A stretch of 64,000 nucleotides of DNA, taken from NCBI GenBank assembly GCA_030704615.1, contig CM060731.1, forward strand, positions 9,672,001-9,736,000. Direction: 5' to 3'. This DNA is from Takakia lepidozioides (Eukaryota; Plantae; Bryophyta). The number at the start of each line of letters is the position of its first letter. Position 1 is the stretch's first letter. The translations under genes were made by a program, and so were the position numbers. Positions 49,558 through 60,804 of the stretch are shown here, piece by piece. The notes beneath the pieces were generated by a model that saw only the letters and a list, made by a program, of their open reading frames with translations, was not told where the DNA came from and did no database searches.

Positions 49558-49782
49558 TTTTTTTTGTTTTTTTTGTAAAGAGAAACACCTGGGAGCGATA
49601 GCTCACAAATCAGGGCCCGTTTGTAGTGCTAGAGGAGAAAATAACCTCTTTCATTTATGCGCCATGGAGGCGAATGAGTGGGACACCGCCCAGGACCCAT
49701 ACCACACCCGTCAGTAGCAAGATTTGACCCCAGAATCATCTGGGTGGCACCCAGTGCACTTAACCAATTGAGCTACTGACTG
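49558..49782 (-). mobile_element. tRNA-derived SINE (tRNA-Gly(GCC)-like head)
   Basis: Minus strand CAGTCAGTAGCTCAATTGGTTAAGTGCACTGGGTGCCACCCAGATGATTCTGGGGTCAAATCTTGCTACTGAC: A box, GCC stem-loop, degenerate B box, ~135-nt body and A-rich tail. Confidence 0.55.
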
Positions 49783-51134
49783 TTGGTATTTGTTTTTATT
49801 TTTTATTTCTTTAAAAAAAAATCAAAGAGGGGAAGAAGCCCTCGGTGAAATTTTATTAAGAACTGGGGAAAAATAAACCCCATAGGGCCATAAGCAAACA
49901 CACCATCAGGGTGCGGGACGAACCCAGAATCATTGATCGGCATTCTACTTACACTCGTAATGCTCGCCTCCTTTGGAACAATAAAATTCATGAATAAAAG
50001 TTATTTGTTTTAAGAAATGGAGACAGAAACCCATAAAACTTTTATTTTTTATTTTTTATTTTTAACTTCAATTCTCTTTCTTCCTTCGGAAATTGGAATT
50101 CTCCTGAGAGACCAAAAACTAGAACAATTGTTATTTCGAAAGAACAAATCCCCCAATCAATAAAATGCCAATGGGGCTTCATCCCCTTGCATAAAAAATA
50201 AAATAAAAACCCAAAACAAAAATAAATGAATACATTTCTTGTGGGGATGGCGTGCAAGGGCAGAGTAGGAAATAGCGTATAGTGTACAGTACGTAAGTAC
50301 CAAACTACCGTCTGATATATCTTCCATATTTCATGGGCAAACATTATGGGATATATGGGGCCGAATTAGTGCATTTTCAGTGGTACTGATAATTCGTTGG
50401 TCTTTGGCGGGTCTGAGAACCCAATGTTACTGTTCAAATTGGGTGCATGACGGCTTGTCCAAAAGAGGGATATGACAATCTCACCATGAGCAAGAGGTGG
50501 CTGTATGTGGATCTATGGCGATTTCGAGCGCTGTAAGTCCGATAAAAATAAGAAAATTACTTAATAAGGGCCCGGTCTACACAATATTTGCACATTGTGC
50601 TTGTCCGATAATGCGGCGACGATCAACGGCAACTTGAAACACTGATTGTAAAATATTGTGACGGCCAACTCTAGGCGCAGCCAAAGCGGACAACAACTTG
50701 TTTAGCTTTCAAGTATGGTGCTAATATTGTGGAGAGGTTGGCATTATTTCAAACGACAGTCTTCTACAAAACCAAGATTTGTTTTGTTCTTTCCATAGCG
50801 TGGGAGCAACCAACTGCCTTCAACTTCGTGTCGTCGCTTGTGTGTCAATGTTTCTCAATTTTGGCTCTACATTCATTTTTGCAGCACCATGATGGACTCC
50901 CTGGCAGTTCTACATTCACAAAAATATTTTTTTGCACGGAAGTTTTTGTCGCATTCAGAAACGTAACAACTTCACCATGCACTTTCAGTCCATCATTTTC
51001 ATCTCTGAAAAATAAAATAAAATAAAATCTGTCATTTCCTAAAATTAACAAAAATTGTCAGATTTTGCAGGGAGTCACTGTCGGGAAGCTAAGGATTTCT
51101 TTTTGTCATGGCAACAAGTAGCAAAGTCCACCTA

Positions 51135-51625
51135 GTCCCTACCTAGTCCTCTATGACACTATTGTCATTCATTTGAAAAAAAAAAGGTCAACTGAACCAT
51201 TCAAGTTGGTTGTAGACATTGATGGAGTCTCCCATCCCTAGCGGAGAAATTAGCTTTATTCCAAAGTCCATACCAAGGAAAAACTCAAGCAAGTAATCTG
51301 CAACTCAATTAGCGTCTTTTGTGTATGGGTCTTGGCTTTCAAAGCCCTTTGGATCATGGGTTGATGCCAACATAACTCTCACCTTGTGTCCCTACCTAGT
51401 TCTCTACGACACTGACACTATTGTCATTCATTTGAGAAAAAAGGCAAACTGAACCATTCAAATTGGTTGTAGACATCGATGGAGTCTCCCATCCCCGGCG
51501 GAGAAATTAGCTTTATTCAAACTCCATACCAAGGAACAACTCAAGCGAGTAATCTGCTACTCAATTAGCATCTTTTGTGTACCAGTCTTGGCTTTCAAAG
51601 CCCTTTGGAACATGGGTTGATGCCA
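51135..51625. repeat. ~250-bp tandem duplication
   Basis: CCTACCTAGT..GACACTATTGTCATTCATTTGA..GGGTTGATGCCA occurs twice. Confidence 0.9.
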
Positions 51626-53557
51626 CCTTGTGCGGGAGTCAATACATTGTTCTCACAAGAAATGGCGAATGTAACATAGATTAATGGGAGCATTGCCATT
51701 CAATCGCGACCGGCCCAGGTTCCAAGTTGGTGTGAAGATTAGAGGGTGGTCCAGGAGTGTCGTCACATGGGAAGACCCTTCCTAGTCTACACCTAACTCA
51801 ATGTTGTTGGGGCTGGAAGTTCCACAACACCCTTAAAACCAGGGCCGCACTTTTAGACAATCCGTTGATTTTTTAACTCATTCTTAAGGGGAAAAACGAC
51901 TATTCTCACAATGTGTTTTTTTTTTTTTCACTTTTCCAAAGTCGCCACAAGGCCCACATGTAAATTCTACCCAGCATCCATGTGGCAGGTGACTGGGTTA
52001 GAAAAGTGGCTATATAACAGGTGTCACATTTTACGGGTCCATGTGGGAAAAATCTGGCTCCTGATATCTGACCATTGGCGCTTTCTGGCGATTTTCTGTA
52101 TTTTTACTCCCATAATTCCCTTATAAAAGTAACTGACCCATCTTCCAGGTCAAAATCTGGCAATTTTTCGCCCAATTTAAGAACACTGTTCAAACATAAT
52201 GCATACACTGAAACCATTATGTTAATAACCCCAATATTTTAGAGTATAGACTAGACCCCTTCAAGCGAGGTGAAAATTTGTTTTCAAACCAGCACAGGTC
52301 AATAAAGGCCAACAGCCATGATTTTGTCAATCTGCAAAAATCCAAAAAACTTGTTGTAAATTGAATACAACAAGTTAAAATTTGAGGTTAATGTCCCTTT
52401 GCAGCTCCGTCGTCATACCAATATATTGAGCACCAACATAGTTAAAATTTGACTTCAAACATTTTTTATTTTTCCTTTTCTCCCATGCACTCGCCAGGAA
52501 AAAAAAATGAATTGTTGGCTCCTCTTTATTCTAAGGAGGTGACTAGTAACTACGCAATACCTAAACTGATTAAAGTACTATAGAAACGTTGCAGTGTGTG
52601 ACCTAACTGACCGATGTCGTTTGTACTCTAGTGCCGAAATAGGTGCCAAGGTCCGAGGAAGACGGTCTCTGGGGACCGTCCAAGCGAGGGAGAAAGAGGA
52701 GCACCAAAACAGGGAGACCATCCAAGCTGGTGTCATGTGTCAGTGCTCCCGCATAGATCTTAACGCGCACTGCACACACGTTTGGCTCACAGAGAGGCAC
52801 TCCCCTCCAGCAGATGTGCCTCGTAAACACTCACTCGCTCACAGCCTTCCAATGCTCGCTCCTTGTTGTGAGGAAGGGGGTCGGCTGCTTCAATGCTGTG
52901 CTCTTCTTTATTGCCGGGAACATGCAGGACCCCGGAGTAAGTTAAGAGAGTTATAGTCACTATATCTCATACTTACTGTCCTCCAAGTCAAACATAATCT
53001 ACATGTCACCTCAGACAAGGATGCAGTCAACTTTTTGTCTTCACTCTCGATTGCATTCATCCGTGCCCTAGAAATCTTGACAATTTTGTCCTTTCGTGTG
53101 GTTAGCAATATGCAAGTTCGTCATTTTCGTCACTTCAAACTAAGCGAAGGGAACTGTGAGTTTAGGTAAGTTACCTCTACTGACGCAAGACCCGGGATTG
53201 TCAATCTCCTCTCCTGTACAAAGACTTTAGAGTTTGTTGTGCTCTCTCTCTCTCCTGTCTTAAGATCTTCTCAGATCTTTCTGTAGTTGCAGCCAAAATG
53301 CTGCCTGTCAATGTCTATGCCCCGCCTTCGTGTTGCATTCACTGCTGAATCTGTACAGTAGAGGTTAGGACTTAGAACAAGCTGGCACGAGCACGGGCAA
53401 CATCGGTGCATTGTCCAGGGAAGGTCGACCAGAACTAACTTTCTGCTGTCATTCCGAGTTCAGGTTGTCCCACACCACAATTACCTTCCGGAGGATTGTT
53501 TATGGAAGAACCAACGAATAATTTAACAAAGGCGTTTTGGGGGGGGAGAAAGGGCTA

Positions 53558-56500
53558 TATGGACTAAGTAACCGGCGAAAAGCCCCTGGTTACTTATGAA
53601 GGGTTTAGACCGATTCAGCCGGTAATCCAGGCGGTAGCTAGTTGCACGGTAGGTAGGTCTTGCAAGGGTTCTAAGGTTGCAGGACGTTTTGAGTTTCTTT
53701 ATGATTTTCTACAATGTTGGCTCATTCTTTAGCGGTGTTTTTCTACGACGTTCAGAACCATGATGGTACTCCTATGTCTGCCACGAAATTGTTCCTTAAA
53801 GTGGTTCACTATTGTCCAGACATTTTTGTTGTATGTGTAGTTGTTGCGTATGATTTGTGTAGTTTCCAGTGTTTTTTATTTTCTATAACTAAGTCAATTT
53901 CGTTGAAGTTTTGCATTATGTTTTTGGTATGTTTGGAGAGTTCTCTTTTGCACTATTGATGGTGATAGGGACTTGGCGACCAAGAACTTCAAGACTGAAG
54001 AATGAGGAAGCACAATCTGCATTGGAGAATGCTTTACTAGAGAGACCTAGCTTCGAGCTGTTGCCGCCGTCTCAACGGACTCCTCCTGTGTCCTCTGTCG
54101 AGAAATCCAGAGTGAAGAAGAAGCGTTGTATCAGAAAGAGTTAGCAGAGTGTTATGTATCGGTTCTCCATTGAAGCCAGTTCATCAGAGGAGTGATAATA
54201 CCGATCCCGTCTATGAAGCAATGGCTCAGGATCATGTATTGGTTGATACGTCCAACGTTGCTCACAATCCAGAGATTACTCGGATTGAGGTTCCTTCTGT
54301 GGTGGAAATTGTCATTCCTACGATAGCTCCAGATGTCGTAGATGGACATGTAGTCGAAGCCAATGATGTTTCAGTTGAGTTGTGCACTGTGCCTACAGAG
54401 GAGTCAAAGGAGTGCAACAATTTGCATGTTATCTCTGAGAGCGAAGTCCTTTACGTTAATGAAGGCAATAATACGTTGATCCGTCCAGATTGGGCGGTAT
54501 CTGTGGAATCTCCTGATCAGTCTTGTAAGGGCGATTACAGTGCTTTTAAGCATTGCGAACCTGATCATGATGTAGTTGATCATGTACTGTCTGCTGCCAA
54601 TCAAATTGAAGAGGAGGTTCATCACGTAGAGCCGGCTATGAATCATATTGACGAGGAACAGGTTGTTTGTAATGTGGAGCAAGTTGCTATGTCGAGTGAT
54701 CATGCTCAGAGTCAACAAATTGTTGGGAGTGAGATGGTCATTGATTCAACGGAGACATTGGTTCTACCTAGTGGAACTCCAGGTGGTCAAAGTGATTTAG
54801 TTGTTCAAAGTGGAAGTGATGTGATTGCTTGCACACAATGTTGAGCAGTGGAATAAGCTCTTGAAGCATTATACTAAGCCCAGTGAGAAAAACGAATCAT
54901 GGGCGAGAAATAAATTTCAGAAGTGGAGGATTATGATTGGATACTTTGTTGAGAAGTCTGTTGAAGAGCTTCCTCTCTTAGAGCACGCTGACCTACTTAG
55001 TCTGTTCTTTGGGATGGTCTGTAAGAAAGATGGATCATGTTACCCTACTTCATCCTCATGAATATCTATATGAGCTTCAACAGATGATCGTTCGGGAACA
55101 AGAGAATCGGGTGTGTCGTACTGGTGTTCATGAGCCAAAATTTAAAATCATCGAGCATCAGTTTTTTAATAAAATCGACTCGTGCCGTTAGCAAGGCCAT
55201 GGAGATGAGCAGAGACGCTGGTGCTAATGTTGAGAGGCGAAAAGTTGAGGGCATTACTTACAAGGAGGAGCGGTTAACCTTGAGGGCATCACTTACAAGG
55301 AGAAGCGGTTGATTTTAGACTATCCCGAGAACCAAGAAAATTATGCCAGAGGTGTTCAAAAGCGAATGGCGTTTTATTGTTTCACTATTTTTCTGATCAA
55401 GGGTAATAGTGAATTGCATAAACTGATGGTTCGCCATTTCACCTGTGGTGTCAACGCTGAGGGCAGAGGTTTTTTGCGGTATGTACCTTACCTGTTTTTG
55501 TATCTGTTGCAAATGTATCATATCTGTTTTTGTGCCTATTGGTTCCGACTTGTGTTTTTGGTTAAGTTTCTAATGATATTCAAATACTATTTATGTATGT
55601 TGTTTGTAGATACGACGAGACAACATCGAAGAAGTATAAAGTGTGAAAGTGAAACGTTTTCAGAATGAGCATATGCGTCGGCCTATATATTGTTACGATC
55701 CGGACGTTCTACGGACATATTCAATTCTGCTAAGTCGTATGCCGCCTGGCAGCGAGAACGGACACTTGCAAATATAATTCTCGTGATCAATTTTGGTTTA
55801 AAAGGGGATTCAATTGTGGAGAGGGTATAATGAGAAATTGGATGCAAACGGCTCGATCTGTGGGGATAACGACGGGATATTACAAACAAATCTGGGAGGG
55901 TGACCTCAATCACCAGGATGGCGATTGCCCAAGTTCCTGAAGAAATAATTGCTTTGACCACAGGACACAGGAATTTGAAGACTCTTGCAAGGTACGACAA
56001 AAGCCTTTTCATTAAGCATTTTGTTGCTCAGGCCTTACTACGGAGACCCTACGATGAAGAGACTGGTCAGTTACTACATTTCGAGTTTCATTATCGAGAA
56101 CAGTTGGAGCTTTGGAATGGTAAGGAGATCCCAGCAATGAGAGCCCATCTTGAGGACATGGCAGCTAATGGGAACATTCTTCCGTGCATGTCGCTTGTAG
56201 CTCCGAAGGTTCATTCAGATTTTTTGTGGCTACCAATAATTGGATCCGCAGCTAATAGTCAATTAGTTCTGCACAAGTCGGTTGCTGTTAAAGCTATGGG
56301 TTCTTCATCAGGTAGTGGAGCTGTTCGGAGTAATAATGATGGCTGCCATCCTACGAGTCGTGAAGATGGACAGTTGATGTTCATATTGGTTGTGCAACCA
56401 AAGATCTTGGTGTGCCTAATCGTCAAGCTCGCTCCAAGACTAAATTCGTTATGGTGTTTCATGGTACGTCTGAGAACGTTCCACCTTCTTAGTCTGTTCA

Positions 56501-57581
56501 ATCGACAGTTGGACATGGAGTGGTCCAGTGCCCTGTTCCAATTCGGGAACAACCTATACATTCAGTATCTGGTTGTGTTAAACAACCTGTATCGACTGGT
56601 TCTCGACCTCCTTTACGTGAAGTTCCTGTGAATCCTGTGAATCCCGTGAATCAGCCGGCTGGGGTCTCTGTTCATCGAGAGAGACAGTTGATGTTTTGTG
56701 TGCCCCTCGTAGTAAGCCAGATTCTTTTGATCACAACCTGATGTCAGCTGAAGCTGAGTTTGAGCCTGAAGCTTTACGTTATGTTGCTGAGGCTGAAAGG
56801 GAAAGACAGAAAGCATTAATCAAAGCGAAGAGATTGAAGGCTTTGGAAATTAAGAAAAATAAAGAAGTGGAACGTTTGAAGGCAATTGAACATGAGAAAA
56901 GAAGAATTCTTGAAGAAGCTAGACTGAAAGCTGCTGAGGAGGAGAAGATGAAGATTCTTGAGTTTGAAAGGATGAAGGCGTATGAGCTTGACAGATTGAA
57001 GTATGCCGAAGCTGAGAAACAGAGGGCAGCGGAACTGGAATCGTTGAGAAAGACTAGAGCATCTATTGAATCTCCGAGGGCTTTTGTAGATGTTAGTAAT
57101 CCGTCTACAGAGTCTGAATCTGCTCTACTGGCACCGTTTACACCAGAGTTTGTTGGTGGTGGAGTTGGGCAGCACGTTATCGATCCTGGGGAGCAGATTA
57201 GATCAGATAATCGTGGCAGTTTATTTCTTCCGCAGCCATTAGCTTTCAGGAAGATGAGGGCTTTCCTTTCTGATCTAGTAATCCTTTTCAAGGTTTCATA
57301 TCTGGAAGCAATAATTTCAGTGGAGGCACGTTGAATCTGTTTCACTTCTCTGCTGTGGATCCAGTCGCTGTTGCGAGAGATGTTTTACGCTCTGGCGATG
57401 CTGCCAAAGGCCACTGATCTTCCATTGTGACTACGGACCGAGTAGGTACGAAACTGAAAAGTAGGTAGATGGTTACGGGAAGTAACTCGAGAGTGGAGAA
57501 CCAATGAGAATGTAGGAAAGTAGCGAGCCATTCCCTACAGCTGGTTATGATTCGAAATACCTTCTACAAGTAGTCCTTTGG
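53558..57581 (+). mobile_element. Crypton-like tyrosine-recombinase DNA transposon, degenerate (boundaries tentative)
   Basis: A chain of same-strand ORFs (53960-57334) encodes an acidic N-terminus, a YR domain and a coiled-coil tail. It begins where homology to unit A ends. No LTR, RT or long TIR is visible. Confidence 0.7.
54825..56100 (+). pseudogene. Tyrosine recombinase (DUF3504/Crypton type) with one spliceosomal intron (55479-55609)
   Basis: WARNKFQKWR..LLSLFFGMVCKKDGSCYPTSS (N-terminal core-binding region); FLIKGNSELHKL (catalytic-Arg position, here K); GFLR|YDETTSKKYK across a GT-AG intron; ITNKSGRVTSITRM...VPEEIIALTTGHRNLKTLARYD (HxxR-like, GH, catalytic Tyr). Several frameshifts. 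Confidence 0.82.
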
Positions 57582-58418
57582 CTCACCTCAATCGTCTATC
57601 CGTACACAACAAGCTTGGAGATCAACCTCGATGGTGGAGTCTTAATTTCACATCTAATTTTGCATGAACGGGACCTCATATTCAAGCGCATGAAAGCTTG
57701 CAAAGACGATCAAGTGGATTCTCAAAAACTTAGCGGTGATGACTCCCTTCTCTCCCACATTGTCAAGCTATTATTTACTATGTTGTTTCCGTGTGTGCTT
57801 ATGTGTTATGTATATACATGGTTCTTTTTCTTTGTCGGTTTGTTCACAAGTTGTATCATGTGCAAGGCTTTTGTTATGTAGAAGCAGACATCTGCGCAAA
57901 TCTCGCAACCTCCAAAACCACAATGTCCACCTGGGAAAATAACGAGTTTTATAGGTCTTCCCAAAGATTTAAACGGGGGTAACAAAGGACGAGTGCAAGA
58001 CAAGAACAAAGTTAAGATGGTATCAAAGGAGCACAAAAGTGTTAGTTTCAACAGGATATGGGAGTGGGACAGAGACAGAGTTAACATAGGACTGGACAGA
58101 TAGGGATCGATCGACAAGCAAAGGGATTGAGGAGACAGAGGATCGGACAAACAGAGGATCGAAGAAAGAGAGGACAATAACAATGCTTCACTTGTTGACT
58201 CAATTCCAGCAACCCAAAGTACTTGAAATTCCATATCTCCCACATCGTGGGTCCAAAAATCATGAGACCAAGCCAGTGCACCCCTCCTCATCGAGGGTTT
58301 CTTGAAAAATAGCAAAATGTACTTTCCTAGAGCAATGATTGGCCCTTCAGGTGGGAGATTTGGAATTTCAATTACTTTTGGTGGCTGGAAATTCACGAAA
58401 AATAGTAAAGTGTATATA

Positions 58419-60804
58419 TCAATATATGAAACCTCCACATGGGAGATTGCAAAAATAGCAAAGTGGGCTTTGTTGGAACAATGACGTGGAGATCTCCCAA
58501 ACTGCAGGGTCTCTAGATGCATAGGGGATTGCACTTGGACTAATTAGATGACATCGGACACTGGAGGTCGCACTTAGGCCTCTACATGGGAGAAGCACTT
58601 GGATACATAGGAGATTGCACTAAGGCTTAGATTTCAATTCTTCACACATGGGCCAGCGGCACAGGCTGCCCTAGAGGTCGCCGAAATAGGAGACACACTT
58701 GGATTCATAGGGGATTGCACTTGGACTTAGATGACATTGGACACTAGAGGTCGCACGTGGGCCTCTACATGGGAGACGCACTTGGATACATAGGAGATTG
58801 CACCTGGGTTTAGATTTCAATTCTTCACACATGTGCCAATGGCATAAGCTACCCTAGGTCTCCCAAACTGCAGGGTCTCTGGATACATAGGGGATTGCAC
58901 TTGGACATAGATGACTTTGGACACTTGGGCCAACGTCACATGGTAGGCCCAGGCTACCATAGAGGTTGCACTTGGACCTCGACATAGGAGACACTCTTGG
59001 ATACATAGGGGGCTGCCGTGAAACTGGACACTTGGGCCTCTACACGGGAGATGCATTTGGATACATAGAAGATTGCACTTGGGCTTAGATGGGCCAAGGA
59101 CACAGGCTGCCCTAGAGGTCGCACTTGGGCCTCGACAATATAGGAGACGCACTTGGATACATATAGGGAAAAATATAATTTGGTTTTGTCAATATATGGA
59201 TGCATAAGTAAATTTCATATAAACTTCTATCTCTTTCATCAAATTCCGATCTCTGAATCATGTTGTTCACGTTTATAATATTCTTTAAACATTAGTTCAT
59301 TCATGTACCACGCATTCTTTGTAACTAAACAAACATCCAAGTGGGCTTTCCTACAACAATGATTGGCCTTGGGCTTAGATGGGCCTTGACATAGGAGACG
59401 CACTTGGATACATAGGAAATTCCACTTGGTCTTAGATTTCAATTTTTCACACATGGGCCAACGGCATAGGCTACACTAGAGGTTGTACTTGGTCCTCAAC
59501 ATAGGAGACGCACTGGAATACATAGGAAATTGCACTTGGGACCTCAGATTTCAGTTCTTCACACATGGGCCAAAGGTACAGGCTGCCCCAGGTCGCACTT
59601 GGGCCTCGACATAGGCGACGCACTGGGATACATAGGGGATTGCACTTGGACTTAGATGACACTGGACATTTGGGCCAACGGCACAGGCTACCCTAGTCAA
59701 TATATGAAGCGAGACGACTTGTTTGTTTTGTTTTGTGTTATTTTGTAGCATTGAGATGTCTCAAACCGCGAGGCCCCGGCGCTGGTGCTTGGTACCATTG
59801 GAAAGCCCTCGATAAGGGCGGGTGCACCAGCTTGGTCTCATGATTTTTGGACATGCGGTGTGGGAGATGTCGAATTCCAAGTACTATTGATCGCTGGAAA
59901 TTCCCGAAAAATAGCAAAGTGGGATTTCTTGGAACAATGATTGGAGCCTGGACGGGAGATATAGATATATTACTACTCAATAAATTCATGGAAAAAAATA
60001 AATTGGGCCATGACATGGGAGACGTACTTGGATACATAGGAGATTGCACTTGGGCTTTGATGACACAAGACACTTGGGCCTCTATATGGGAGATGCACTC
60101 GGATACATGAGTAGAAGATTGCACTTGGGCTTAGATGGGCCTCAACATAGGAGACGCAATACATAGGAAATTGCACTTGGTCTTAGATTTTAGTTCTTCA
60201 CACATGGGCTAACAACATAGGCTACACTAGAGGTCGCACTTGGACCTCAACACAGGAGACGCACTGGGATACATAGGAAATTGCACTTGGTCTTAGATTT
60301 TCAATTCTTCACACATGGACCAAAGGTACAAGCTATCCTAGAGGTTGCACTTGGGCCTCTACATAGGAGACACATTGGCATACATAGAAGATCTTACATT
60401 TGGACTTTAGATGACACTTGACACTTGGGCCAATGACACATGCTACCCTAGAGGTCGCATTTGGGCCTCGACATAGGAGACCTACTTGGATACATAGAGG
60501 ATTGCACATGGACTTAGATGATACTGGACACTTGGGCCAACGGCATAGGCAACCTTAGAGCAATGATTGCCCCTTCATGTGGGAGATTTGGAATTTCAAG
60601 TACTTTTGGTCGCTGGAAATTCGTGAAAAAATCGCGAAAAATAGCAAAGCAATATATGAAAAATAGCAAAGTGGGCTTTGTTGGAACAATGACGTGGAGA
60701 TCTCCCAAATTGCAGGGTCTTTGGATGCAAAGGGGATTGCCGTTGTTAGATGGACACTGGAGGTCACACTTGGGCCTCGACATGAGAGAAACATGCTACC
60801 CTAG
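58419..60804 (+). mobile_element. Two head-to-tail non-autonomous Helitrons forming a ~100-bp satellite-like array
   Basis: A|TCAATATATGAA at 58419; junction GGCTACCCTAG|TCAATATATGAAGCGAGACG at 59696/59697; final GCTACCCTAG|T at 60804. An inverted fragment of the same family lies at ~58195-58300. Confidence 0.75.

Larger units (their letters stand above)
35835..53548. repeat. Segmental duplication unit C (fusion gene copy 3), expanded by a 10.8-kb Harbinger insertion and retaining a 3.8-kb 5' segment absent from A and B
   Basis: Homology blocks at 35835-36164, 46974-49075 and 52930-53548. Confidence 0.85.

Noticed and set aside
49710-49782. Functional tRNA-Gly gene
   Set aside because: Acceptor and T stems are imperfect, the B box is altered, and a body plus A-tail follows, which fits a SINE better.
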